Origin: Archaeoglobi archaeon
GTDB taxonomy: Archaea > Halobacteriota > Archaeoglobi > Archaeoglobales > Archaeoglobaceae
Length of the DNA: 64,000 nucleotides
Reading direction: 5' to 3'
Assembly (NCBI GenBank): GCA_029259415.1
Contig: JAPDIW010000005.1
Location: 13,805 to 77,804 of the forward strand
Below are positions 55,533-64,000 of the stretch, piece after piece. The translations under genes were made by a program, and so were the position numbers. The first letter of the stretch is position 1, and every line of letters starts with the position of its first letter. The notes under the pieces are model-generated. The model was not told the DNA's origin, made no database searches, and worked only from the letters and a program-made list of their open reading frames with translations.

Positions 55533-56303
55533 ATGGGAGAGAGAGTGAAGTTCGAGGTTGATGGTCAGATTGGAATTGCCACACTGAGCAGGCCTGAAAA
55601 GCTGAATGCTCTGGACACGAAAACGAGGATGGAGCTGGCAGAGGTTGTCGAGGAGGCTGAGAAAAGCGTAAGGGTTCTGATTATAACGGGAAGTGGAAAG
55701 GCCTTTGCTGCAGGGGCAGACATCAACGAACTTTTGCAGAGGGATCCTGTAAAGGCTCTCGAAGCAACGAAGCTCGGAACCGAGCTATTTTCAAGGATAG
55801 AGGAGCTCGAAATTCCCGTAATAGCTGCAATCAACGGATTTGCGTTGGGAGGAGGATGTGAGCTTGCAATGGCCTGCGACATGAGAATAGCGAGCGAGAA
55901 GGCAAAGTTCGGTCAGCCAGAAATCAACCTCGCAATCATACCCGGAGCGGGTGGAACGCAGAGATTGCCGAGACTTGTTGGACTTGGGATGGCCAAAAGA
56001 CTTGTCCTCACCGGAGAGATAATTGACGCTCAGACAGCTTTGAGAATCGGGCTTGTTGATGAGGTGGTTGAGCACGATAAGCTGATGGAGAAAAGCAGGG
56101 AAGTTGCCATGAAGATTGTGGAGAAGTCACCTCTCGCAGTTAAAATTGCCAAGAAGGCCTTGAACGCGTCACTCAACATGCCGCTGAGAGAAGGTCTCAA
56201 ATACGAGGCGAGCCTCTTTTCGCTGCTCTTCTCAAGCGAGGATGCGAAAGAGGGTATGAGGGCGTTTTTGGAGAAGAGGAAACCCGAATTTAAAGGTCGT
56301 TGA
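55533..56303 (+). CDS. Enoyl-CoA hydratase/isomerase
   Basis: AFAAGADI, ALGGGCELA, PEINL, PGAGGTQRL. Confidence 0.95.
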   Translation: MGERVKFEVDGQIGIATLSRPEKLNALDTKTRMELAEVVEEAEKSVRVLIITGSGKAFAAGADINELLQRDPVKALEATKLGTELFSRIEELEIPVIAAINGFALGGGCELAMACDMRIASEKAKFGQPEINLAIIPGAGGTQRLPRLVGLGMAKRLVLTGEIIDAQTALRIGLVDEVVEHDKLMEKSREVAMKIVEKSPLAVKIAKKALNASLNMPLREGLKYEASLFSLLFSSEDAKEGMRAFLEKRKPEFKGR

Positions 56304-56312
56304 GGTGGTAGC

Positions 56313-57230
56313 ATGTTCAAGAAGATAGGTGTTGTCGGTTTTGGGTTGATGGGCACGCAGATTACCCAGTTCTTCGCTCAGCAAGGTCTGGAGGTTGTGG
56401 CCATTGATGTCAGCGAAGAATCGCTGAAGAAGGGTATGGAGGCTATCAAGGCCGGCAGATTCGGTCTGCAGAGGCTTGTGGAGAAAGGGAAGATTACGGA
56501 AGATGAAATGAACGCTGTGCTTGACAGAATCACGACTTCTACAGAATATTCTGCTCTGAAGGACTGCGATTTGGTTATCGAGGCTGTGTTTGAGGATGTA
56601 AACCTGAAGCTAAAGGTTCTGAAGGAAATCGACGCTGTGGTGGAGAATGCGGTTATCGGATCCAACACGTCGTCAATCAGCATAACCAAACTCTCTTCGG
56701 CAGTAAGCAACCCTGAGAAATTCCTCGGTATTCACTTCTTCAACCCCGCCCAGATTCAGAAGCTGGTTGAACTCGTAAAGGGTTTGCTGAGCGATGAAAA
56801 ACTAGTGAGCGACATTAAGGAGTGGTTTATCCAGCTTGGGAAGGTGCCGATAGTCGTGAACGACTCTCCGGGCTTTGCAACGTCCCGTCTTGGCCTCGTT
56901 CTGGGCAAGGAAGCCATGCTCATGGTTCAGGAGGGCGTGGCAACCCCGCAAGACATCGACATCGGAATGATGCTCGGCTACGGCTACTCGATGGGGCCTA
57001 TCGAGACAGGAGACTTGGTTGGCCTCGATACGAGGCTGAGAATATACGAGGCGATGTACGAAGCTACGAAAGACCCGAAGTGGGCTCCACCAAAACTGCT
57101 GGTTCAGTTGGTTGATGCTGGCTATCTTGGCGATCCATCTTTGAAGCCGGGAAGCAAGGGAGGAGTTTACGAGTATTTCGGGCAGGAGAGAGCAACGCAG
57201 GTTCTGAAGAGGTTGGGGATTCGTAAGTAA
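56313..57230 (+). CDS. 3-hydroxyacyl-CoA dehydrogenase
   Basis: GFGLMG, EAVFE, SNTSS, HFFNP. Confidence 0.95.
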   Translation: MFKKIGVVGFGLMGTQITQFFAQQGLEVVAIDVSEESLKKGMEAIKAGRFGLQRLVEKGKITEDEMNAVLDRITTSTEYSALKDCDLVIEAVFEDVNLKLKVLKEIDAVVENAVIGSNTSSISITKLSSAVSNPEKFLGIHFFNPAQIQKLVELVKGLLSDEKLVSDIKEWFIQLGKVPIVVNDSPGFATSRLGLVLGKEAMLMVQEGVATPQDIDIGMMLGYGYSMGPIETGDLVGLDTRLRIYEAMYEATKDPKWAPPKLLVQLVDAGYLGDPSLKPGSKGGVYEYFGQERATQVLKRLGIRK

Positions 57231-57384
57231 AGTTTTTATTTTTCACTATAATCCAATTTCTAGTAACACTTAAGCATGATTGACATAACTCTATTGTTAT
57301 TCTCTTTAAACTAGGTAACACTAAATAGTATCATAGTATCAGATACCACAATCTTAATATGTCCTAAAACCCTAAAATGTTAAC

Positions 57385-57720
57385 ATGGGAGCGAATGAAC
57401 TACTAAAAAGGAAGCAGGAGTGGCTCGAAAAGTTAAAGAGAGAGGGAAAGCTCAGGGATCCGACTGAAGACCATAAAATAGGTCTGATCGCTTTACAAAA
57501 TAGAATCAGGAGAGAGATCATTAAATTCCTCGGTATCGGCGGAAAGAAGAGTTTTGATGAAATAAAGGAGAAATTCAATCTCACAGATTCTCAGACGAAG
57601 ATGCATCTGGACTTACTTGAACAGGCTCTGTTCGTTGAAGCTGTTGAAGATGACGGAAGAAAGTACTACGTGCTCACGCCAAGGGGCGAGGCGTACCTTG
57701 AGAACGTTGAGTGGAGGTGA
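57385..57720 (+). CDS. Winged-helix (ArsR-like) protein
   Basis: RREIIKFL, HLDLLE, YVLTPRG. Confidence 0.8.
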   Translation: MGANELLKRKQEWLEKLKREGKLRDPTEDHKIGLIALQNRIRREIIKFLGIGGKKSFDEIKEKFNLTDSQTKMHLDLLEQALFVEAVEDDGRKYYVLTPRGEAYLENVEWR

Positions 57721-57723
57721 ATT

Positions 57724-57855
57724 ATGGATCATGTAAAGCTCGCTTATGAGGAAGGTATAAGCAGAGAAGAGGTTATTGAAGCCATACTCGTAGCATCTCT
57801 TGTCAGATTCGGCTCAGGAGTTCGGCATATTGAGAATTTAGGTGATGGTAGATGA
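57724..57855 (+). pseudogene. 43-aa fragment resembling the C-terminus of a carboxymuconolactone-decarboxylase/AhpD protein
   Basis: HVKLAYEEGISREEVIEAILVA. Confidence 0.5.
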
Positions 57856-58583
57856 AGATACTCGTGTGCGGCAAAGGAGGTTGTGGGAAAAGTGTCGTTT
57901 CCGCTTTAATCGCTAAGGAGCTTGCAAAAAGAGGTAAAAGGGTTCTCGTAGTTGACACGGACGAATCAAACTTCGGCATATACAAAAACTTTGGAGTTGA
58001 GCAGCCAAAGGATTTCATGGAATATCTGGGCGGCAAAGATGCTATAAGAGAAGCGCTCATAAAATCTATCCAGGGTGGAAGTGGCGAGAGAACAAAAATG
58101 TTCAAAGAAATTACGATTGATGGAATTCCAGATGATTACGCTGTAAGCAAGGGCAACATAAAGATTATGGCAATAGGAAAGATCCACGATTTCGGAGAGG
58201 GTTGTGCGTGTCCGATGGGTGCTGTTGCAAGAGAATTTCTCGAAGCTCTGAAACTCGATGAAAATGAATACGTGGTTGTTGACACAGACGCTGGCATAGA
58301 GCATTTTGGTAGAGGTGTTGAGGCGGGATGCGACGTTATCGTAGCTGTTGTAGAACCAAGTTACGAATCCATACAGCTCACGAGCAAAATAGTCGAACTC
58401 GCCAGCAAACTCGGTAAGAAAGCTATCATAGTGGCGAACAAGGTTAACGAGAAAACGTCGGAATTTATCAAGGCTGATGCTTATCTCCCGTTTAAAGAAG
58501 AGATATTTGGTGCCTGCTTGAAAGGAACCGAGATTCCCCATGTTCCCGAGGCCGGGGCGATAGTTGATGCAATTCTCAGTTAA
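57852..58583 (+). CDS. cooC: CooC/AcsF-type nickel-insertion ATPase
   Basis: CGKGGCGKS, GCACP, DTDAGIEHFGRG. Confidence 0.88.
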   Translation: MKILVCGKGGCGKSVVSALIAKELAKRGKRVLVVDTDESNFGIYKNFGVEQPKDFMEYLGGKDAIREALIKSIQGGSGERTKMFKEITIDGIPDDYAVSKGNIKIMAIGKIHDFGEGCACPMGAVAREFLEALKLDENEYVVVDTDAGIEHFGRGVEAGCDVIVAVVEPSYESIQLTSKIVELASKLGKKAIIVANKVNEKTSEFIKADAYLPFKEEIFGACLKGTEIPHVPEAGAIVDAILS

Positions 58584-59664
58584 GCCGATCGGCCTTATTA
58601 GATCCACTTATAGGGAAAAAGATCAAGCGCCACATCAGGGGAGATTTTCAAAGGAAATCGCGGAAATAGAGGTTTTTCCCGAATTTGAAGATGGCCTTAA
58701 AGATATCGAAACCTGCACACACCTCATAGTTCTTTACTGGCTTGACAGGGCAAAGAGAGATGTGCTAATAGCAACTCCCCCTCACGATGCCAGAGTGCAT
58801 GGAGTTTTCGCAACCCGCTCCCCTCACAGACCGAATCCGATCGGATTTGCGGTGGTGGAACTTTTAGAGAGAAAGGGAAGAATCCTTAAGGTCAAGGGGC
58901 TTGATGCCCTAAACGGAACGCCCGTTGTGGATATAAAGCCTTACTCCTCGGCGATAGACTCTGTCAGCGATGCGAGAATCGGATGGTTTGAAGAAGCAAA
59001 TCCGGAATCCAAGCTAAGAAGGTTGCTGCTGAAAGCGAAAGAATTTCACGGGCATATCTGTCCTTTTGTGGCAATTGGAGTCAGAATGTCCGTTCTGGCA
59101 ATGGAAAAGCTCGGGATTGATGGAGATAAGATGGCAAGTATTGGTGAAGACGTACTCGCGATAGTGGAGTGCAACAATTGCCTCACTGACGGGGTTCAGG
59201 TTGCCACGGGATGCACGCTCGGAAACAACTCTCTAATCTACCTCGACGTTGGAAAGAACGCTCTCACGCTCGTAAGAAGGGAAGACTGGAAGGGCGTGAG
59301 GGTTTACGTTGATGCGGAGAGTATGAGAAAACATTTCGGCAAGGAAGCTCTTGAACTTTTTGAGAAAGTAATAGTTAGAAGAGAAGGCAGTGTAAAGGAT
59401 GCGAGAAGATTAAGCGAGATTTGGGAAGAAATAGGATGGAAAATACTTGAAATACCGGAAGAAGAATTTAAGGTTGAGTTTATGCAGGTTGAACCCATTG
59501 AGAGGGCACCGATTTTCAAGAATGTTAGATGTGCGAAGTGTGGAGAGCTTGTGATGGCCACCCGCGTTAAGGATAATCTCTGTTTAAAGTGCGCGGGGAG
59601 CTATTACGCTGTCGTTGGAAGGGGAATTGTTAAGTTTGAGAACGGAATGAAGGAGGTGGTTTGA
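58567..59664 (+). CDS. TsaA/TrmO (YaeB-like) domain fused to an FmdE domain and Zn finger
   Basis: GVFATRSPHRPNPIG, LNGTPVVDIKPY; then EFHGHICP, CLTDGVQ..TGCTLG, CAKCGE. Confidence 0.88.
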   Translation: MQFSVKPIGLIRSTYREKDQAPHQGRFSKEIAEIEVFPEFEDGLKDIETCTHLIVLYWLDRAKRDVLIATPPHDARVHGVFATRSPHRPNPIGFAVVELLERKGRILKVKGLDALNGTPVVDIKPYSSAIDSVSDARIGWFEEANPESKLRRLLLKAKEFHGHICPFVAIGVRMSVLAMEKLGIDGDKMASIGEDVLAIVECNNCLTDGVQVATGCTLGNNSLIYLDVGKNALTLVRREDWKGVRVYVDAESMRKHFGKEALELFEKVIVRREGSVKDARRLSEIWEEIGWKILEIPEEEFKVEFMQVEPIERAPIFKNVRCAKCGELVMATRVKDNLCLKCAGSYYAVVGRGIVKFENGMKEVV

Positions 59665-60761
59665 TGAAGAAGCTTTTTGCTCTCATTCTGGTAGTTTTAG
59701 CCCTCATACTTTCCGGATGTGCCCAAGAAGAGAAGCAGCAAGTGGAGAAGACCGTCGTTACGGACATGCTTGGCAGAACGGTAGAAGTTCCCGAAAAAGT
59801 CGAGAGAGTCGTTGCGGTTGGCCCCGGAGCTTTGAGGTTGATTGTTTACCTGAACACAACAGACATGGTTGTGGGTGTTGAAGATGCCGAAACAGCATGG
59901 AGCCCGATGGGGAGGCCATACAGAATGGCACATCCGGAGCTTGCTGAGAAGCCCATTATAGGCAAGGGCGGTCCAAATCCCTCTCCAAATGCCGAGGCGA
60001 TTGTTGCCGTCAAACCTGACGTGATTTTCGCATGCTACATGGATGCCAGCAAAGCCAACGCTCTCCAGCAGCAGACCGACGTGCCTGTTGTGGTTTTGAG
60101 CTATGGCGAACTCGGAAACTTCAAGGCTCAGGAGATTTACGACTCGCTTAGACTGGCTGGCAAGATTCTCGGTAAGGAGAAGAGGGCTGAGGACATAATC
60201 AACTTCATAGAGTCCGCTTACAATGATGTATCATCAAGAGTTGAAGGGATTCCGGAGGATGCAAAACCAGCTGTTTATGTCGGTGCGTTAGGGTTCAAAG
60301 GTGGACACGGTATAGAGTCGACTCAGTGCAACTTCCCACCATTCATGGCTGTAAAAGCCAAGAACGTTGCATGTGAGGCAAACAAGAGTGGTTCCTTCTT
60401 CATTGACAAGGAGAAGCTTCTGGAGTGGGATCCAGACATAATCTTCCTCGACGAGAACAACCTGCACCTCGTTCTGATTGACTACGAGAAAAATCCGGAG
60501 ATATACAAGTCCCTTAAGGCCTTCAAAAACGGTGAAATTTACGGAATACTTCCATTCAACTACTACACGACCAACATAGAGACAGCAATAGTAGATGCCT
60601 ACTTCGTAGGCAAAGTTCTCTATCCAGACAGATTTTCAGATATCGATCCTGCAGAGAAGGCAGATGAGATATTCAAATTCTTCGTCGGCAAGGAACTCTA
60701 CGGAGAGATGGCCGAACATTATGGTGGGTTCAGGAATATAGCAGACGTCTTCGAGTCATGA
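59664..60761 (+). CDS. ABC transporter substrate-binding lipoprotein (iron/cobalamin type III)
   Basis: LSGC lipobox, VTDMLGRTV, PERVVA, EAIVAVKPDVI. Confidence 0.92.
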   Translation: MKKLFALILVVLALILSGCAQEEKQQVEKTVVTDMLGRTVEVPEKVERVVAVGPGALRLIVYLNTTDMVVGVEDAETAWSPMGRPYRMAHPELAEKPIIGKGGPNPSPNAEAIVAVKPDVIFACYMDASKANALQQQTDVPVVVLSYGELGNFKAQEIYDSLRLAGKILGKEKRAEDIINFIESAYNDVSSRVEGIPEDAKPAVYVGALGFKGGHGIESTQCNFPPFMAVKAKNVACEANKSGSFFIDKEKLLEWDPDIIFLDENNLHLVLIDYEKNPEIYKSLKAFKNGEIYGILPFNYYTTNIETAIVDAYFVGKVLYPDRFSDIDPAEKADEIFKFFVGKELYGEMAEHYGGFRNIADVFES

Positions 60762-61774
60762 TGGAGTACAGCAGAAGAATAAGAACAGCAGAAATTGTGC
60801 TTGTAACCACCCTAATTTTTTCGTTCATAGCGTCCCTTTGCGTAGGATCGTACAGCCTTACTCCTCAGGAGGTTTTAAGTTCTCTTCTCAATGATTCTCC
60901 GATACTATGGAACATCAGGCTGCCGAGAATAGTGACCAGCATACTTGTTGGGGCGAGCCTTGCTGTGAGCGGGGCTGTAATGCAGTGTATCCTGAGAAAC
61001 CCACTCGCATCCCCTTTCACCCTTGGCATTTCACAGGGTGCAGCCTTCGGAGCCGCTTTTGCAATCATTTTCCTCGGGGCAGGCTTGTTGCACAGAACAG
61101 GGGAGAGCATAACGATCCTGAACCCTTACCTTGTCCCGTTTTTTGCATTCTTAGGTTCTCTCATCAGCGTTTCTGTAATTCTCACGCTCTCAAAAATAAG
61201 AGACCTCAGTCCTGAAGCGATGATTCTTGCTGGAGTTGCGATGGCATCCGTCTTTCAGGCCGCAACGATGCTGATGCAGTACTTTGCCGAAGACGTTATG
61301 GTGGCATCGGTTGTTTTCTGGACTTTTGGAGATATGGGGAGAACGAACTGGAGCGAGATTTATATCATCTTCCTGGCATTTGCAGTCTGCATAGCCTACT
61401 TCATCTTCAGGCGCATGGACTACAACGCTCTAACGCTGAGCGACGAGACTGCCATGTCGCTCGGTGTTAATCCTCAGAGAGTCAGACTCGAAGGCTTGCT
61501 GCTTTCGTCATTTCTCACAGCAATCTGCGTTTCCTTTACCGGAATCGTGGGTTTTGTGGGGCTTGTCGCTCCGCACTCCATCAGAATTTCAGTCAGCGGA
61601 GATTACAGGTATCTGATTCCTTTTAGCACTGTTTTTGGAGCAACACTCTTACTTGTTGCCGACACTTTCGGCAGAACTGTCCTCTCACCGGTCTTAATCC
61701 CTGTCGGAATAATAACAGCATTTGTGGGTGCTCCAGTTTTCATATATCTGCTTTTGAGGGGTAGCTGGAGGTGA
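60758..61774 (+). CDS. FecCD-type ABC permease
   Basis: RLPRI, RNPLASP, GFVGLVAPH. Confidence 0.93.
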   Translation: MMEYSRRIRTAEIVLVTTLIFSFIASLCVGSYSLTPQEVLSSLLNDSPILWNIRLPRIVTSILVGASLAVSGAVMQCILRNPLASPFTLGISQGAAFGAAFAIIFLGAGLLHRTGESITILNPYLVPFFAFLGSLISVSVILTLSKIRDLSPEAMILAGVAMASVFQAATMLMQYFAEDVMVASVVFWTFGDMGRTNWSEIYIIFLAFAVCIAYFIFRRMDYNALTLSDETAMSLGVNPQRVRLEGLLLSSFLTAICVSFTGIVGFVGLVAPHSIRISVSGDYRYLIPFSTVFGATLLLVADTFGRTVLSPVLIPVGIITAFVGAPVFIYLLLRGSWR

Positions 61775-61779
61775 TTTGG

Positions 61780-62526
61780 ATGATTGCGGTCGAAAACTTG
61801 AGCTTCTCATACAAAGAACCTGTTTTAAGTGGCGTAAATTTTGAGGCAAAAGAGGGAGAAGTCATCTTTATTCTTGGCCCCAACGGTAGTGGAAAAACGA
61901 CTCTGCTCAGGTGCATTGCGGGAATCCTGAAACCAAAAGGAGCAGTTTTGATTGAAAACCAGACTTTGAACGACCTTTCAAAGAAGGATCTGGCTAAAAA
62001 GCTTGCTTACGTTCCACAAAGAAGTGATACGGGTTTTCTCACAGTTTTTGACGTTATTTTGCTTGGCAGGAAGCCATACATGGGTTTTGGCCCGACGAAT
62101 GAGGACTACCGGATTGTCGAAGAGGTTATATCCCTCCTGAATCTCGAAAAGCTTGCTTTCAGGAGGCTAAATGAGCTGAGCGGTGGAGAATTGCAGAAGG
62201 TTATGATAGCACGAGCCTTAGCTCAGAAGCCAAGAATTCTGCTTTTGGACGAACCTACCAACAACCTCGACGTTAAAAATCAGGTTGAGATACTGAGGCT
62301 AATCAGAAAGATTGCCAAGGAAAGCAACGTTTCTGTAATCTCAACCATGCACGACTTGAACCTCGCCTCTCTTTACGCTGACAGAATTTTGATGATAAAA
62401 AACGGCAAAATTTTCGCTTCTGGCGGGATTGAAGTTCTCAGCAGGGAGAACATAAAGGCAGTCTACGGAGTCGACGTAGAGGTTGTGCGGATGAATGGGA
62501 AAGTCGTTATTTTGCCCGGTGATTGA
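61780..62526 (+). CDS. ABC transporter ATP-binding protein
   Basis: GPNGSGKT, LSGGE, LLDEPT. Confidence 0.95.
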   Translation: MIAVENLSFSYKEPVLSGVNFEAKEGEVIFILGPNGSGKTTLLRCIAGILKPKGAVLIENQTLNDLSKKDLAKKLAYVPQRSDTGFLTVFDVILLGRKPYMGFGPTNEDYRIVEEVISLLNLEKLAFRRLNELSGGELQKVMIARALAQKPRILLLDEPTNNLDVKNQVEILRLIRKIAKESNVSVISTMHDLNLASLYADRILMIKNGKIFASGGIEVLSRENIKAVYGVDVEVVRMNGKVVILPGD

Positions 62527-62527
62527 C

Positions 62528-63541
62528 ATGCTGGAGATTCCAGAGCAGGCATCTGAATTTGAAGGTTTAATTCAGCAATGGAGTGATGGCTACAGAAAAA
62601 TCCTGCTGCTTAAAGCTGCAATCGAGCTCAATTTGTTTGAAACATTGAGAAATCCCAAAACTGCTGGTGAGGTGGCTGCAGAGCTTAATGGAGATAACAG
62701 GATTGTCAAACTAATGCTGGAATGCCTCGTAAATACCGGACTGCTCGTGAAAAAGAACGACAAGTATGCGCTCTCCGAAATTTCAAAAACGTTTCTGTGC
62801 TCGGACTCGCAGTACTCTCAGATTAACTTTTTGAAAAAGCATTTTTCCGACCTTGAATTGTGGCAAAATCTCGAAAAAATAGTAAAGAATGGGCCAGTCA
62901 GGGTAGACAGGGCAAAGTTTTTTTCAGAAACTGTAATCCACTCGATGGCTCAACACTCCTTGCTCGGTGAGCTGCAAAAAACGGTAGAAGTGGTTGCTAA
63001 ATACGAAGAGTTCTGGAGGGCAAGGAGGCTACTTGACCTCGGTGGTGGTCATGGCCTGTATTCGGTAGCGTTCACGAAGTTAAATCCCAAGTTAAAGGCG
63101 GTGGTGTTTGACCTGCCAGAAGTTGTCAGAAGGAGTAAAGAGTATGCGGAGAGTTACGGTGCAGAGAGGGTTGAATTCGTCTCTGGAGATTTCTTCAAAG
63201 ACGATATCGGAAGCGGATACGACGTCATCTTCTCTTCCTACAATCCGGGCGGGAAAAATGTTGGAATGATAGACAAAATAAAAAATGCTCTTAAAACTGG
63301 TGGGATTTACGTGAACAAGCAGTATTTCTGGGACGAAAATAAGGAAATAGATCTGTGCGATTTGGAGTGGAACCTGTGGTGTTTTGGTGAGATTGAAAAA
63401 AGCGAGAAAAGGTATATGTTCAAAAACGACCTCAGTCTTGAGAGATACATTGATGAGCTGGTTAAGAGAGGTTTTGAGATTGTGGATGTGATTGGTTTTG
63501 GAGAAGCAAAGATGATAGTTGCGAAGAAAAAGTCTCAGTAA
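62528..63541 (+). CDS. Class I SAM methyltransferase with dimerisation domain (O-methyltransferase-like)
   Basis: LLDLGGGHG, FDLPEV, GDFF. Confidence 0.88.
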   Translation: MLEIPEQASEFEGLIQQWSDGYRKILLLKAAIELNLFETLRNPKTAGEVAAELNGDNRIVKLMLECLVNTGLLVKKNDKYALSEISKTFLCSDSQYSQINFLKKHFSDLELWQNLEKIVKNGPVRVDRAKFFSETVIHSMAQHSLLGELQKTVEVVAKYEEFWRARRLLDLGGGHGLYSVAFTKLNPKLKAVVFDLPEVVRRSKEYAESYGAERVEFVSGDFFKDDIGSGYDVIFSSYNPGGKNVGMIDKIKNALKTGGIYVNKQYFWDENKEIDLCDLEWNLWCFGEIEKSEKRYMFKNDLSLERYIDELVKRGFEIVDVIGFGEAKMIVAKKKSQ

Positions 63542-63544
63542 ATA

Positions 63545-63901
63545 TAATACCTTCAGATTCATCTCCTCAGCAAATTCATTCAATGCCTTCTCTACCTCTT
63601 TATTCTGCCTCCAAATCAGGCTTGTCAAGGGAGTTCTTTAACCTCAGGAGGATTCCCTTTACTTCCGTTCACGTACTTTTTTCTCGTTTTGAGATTCACG
63701 TTATGCTGCCATAGCTTGTAGTTAACTTTCCTCCAGACGTGAATTAAGTCGATCTACCTCTCTTTGAAGTTCAGTCTTCTGTCAGCATCTCCCAACGCTA
63801 TCAATTCTCTGAGTTCTTCTTCCGTTCTCATCCTTTCTATACCAGCCCTGACAACCACATTCTCCCCCCTCGAAAATCGTTAATTCTATCTTCCATTCCA
63901 T
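63545..63901 (-). pseudogene. Degraded gene, possibly Schlafen/AlbA_2-like N-terminus
   Basis: EELRELIALGDADRRLNFKER followed by stops. Confidence 0.3.
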
Positions 63902-64000
63902 GAGTGGAGCTTTGTTTAAATCTTCAGCGAAGTAAATGCTGGCTTTAAGATCTCTGTCTATCTTCTATCCCAACTCCTGCGTATCGTTTGGTGAGAAGGA

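Overview
Archaeal chromosomal window, very probably Archaeoglobus. This is inferred from sat, an ornithine-cyclodeaminase-type alanine dehydrogenase, fibrillarin/Nop5, aIF2-gamma, aEF-1beta, cdrS-ftsZ and a beta-oxidation cluster. Host genes occupy about 1-20.0 kb and 45.2-64 kb, with one tRNA-Leu(GAG) and a few decayed genes. Between them lies an integrated virus-like element of about 24.6 kb (approx. 20.3-44.95 kb). I see no integrase, terminase, portal, HK97 or jelly-roll capsid gene in it. Its left half carries a truncated family-B-polymerase-like exonuclease, many micro-ORFs and zinc fingers, and a divergent pair of paralogous AbrB-type regulators. It also has a 48-nt tRNA-like fold, two frameshifted PD-(D/E)XK nucleases, and a TcmP-like gene converging on a spore-photoproduct-lyase-like radical SAM gene. 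Its right half is an intact, tightly coupled 12-kb minus-strand operon. In order it encodes a basic protein, signal-peptide/TM envelope proteins, a 942-aa multi-Ig spike-like protein, small membrane proteins, a doubly membrane-anchored subtilase, a coiled-coil/wHTH protein and a HerA/VirB4-like ATPase. A structured leader RNA precedes this operon. My best candidate for a new system is this capsid-less membrane-particle module with its own subtilase, intact while the replication/accessory half is truncated or frameshifted. All family assignments come from motif recognition by eye; no searches were run.
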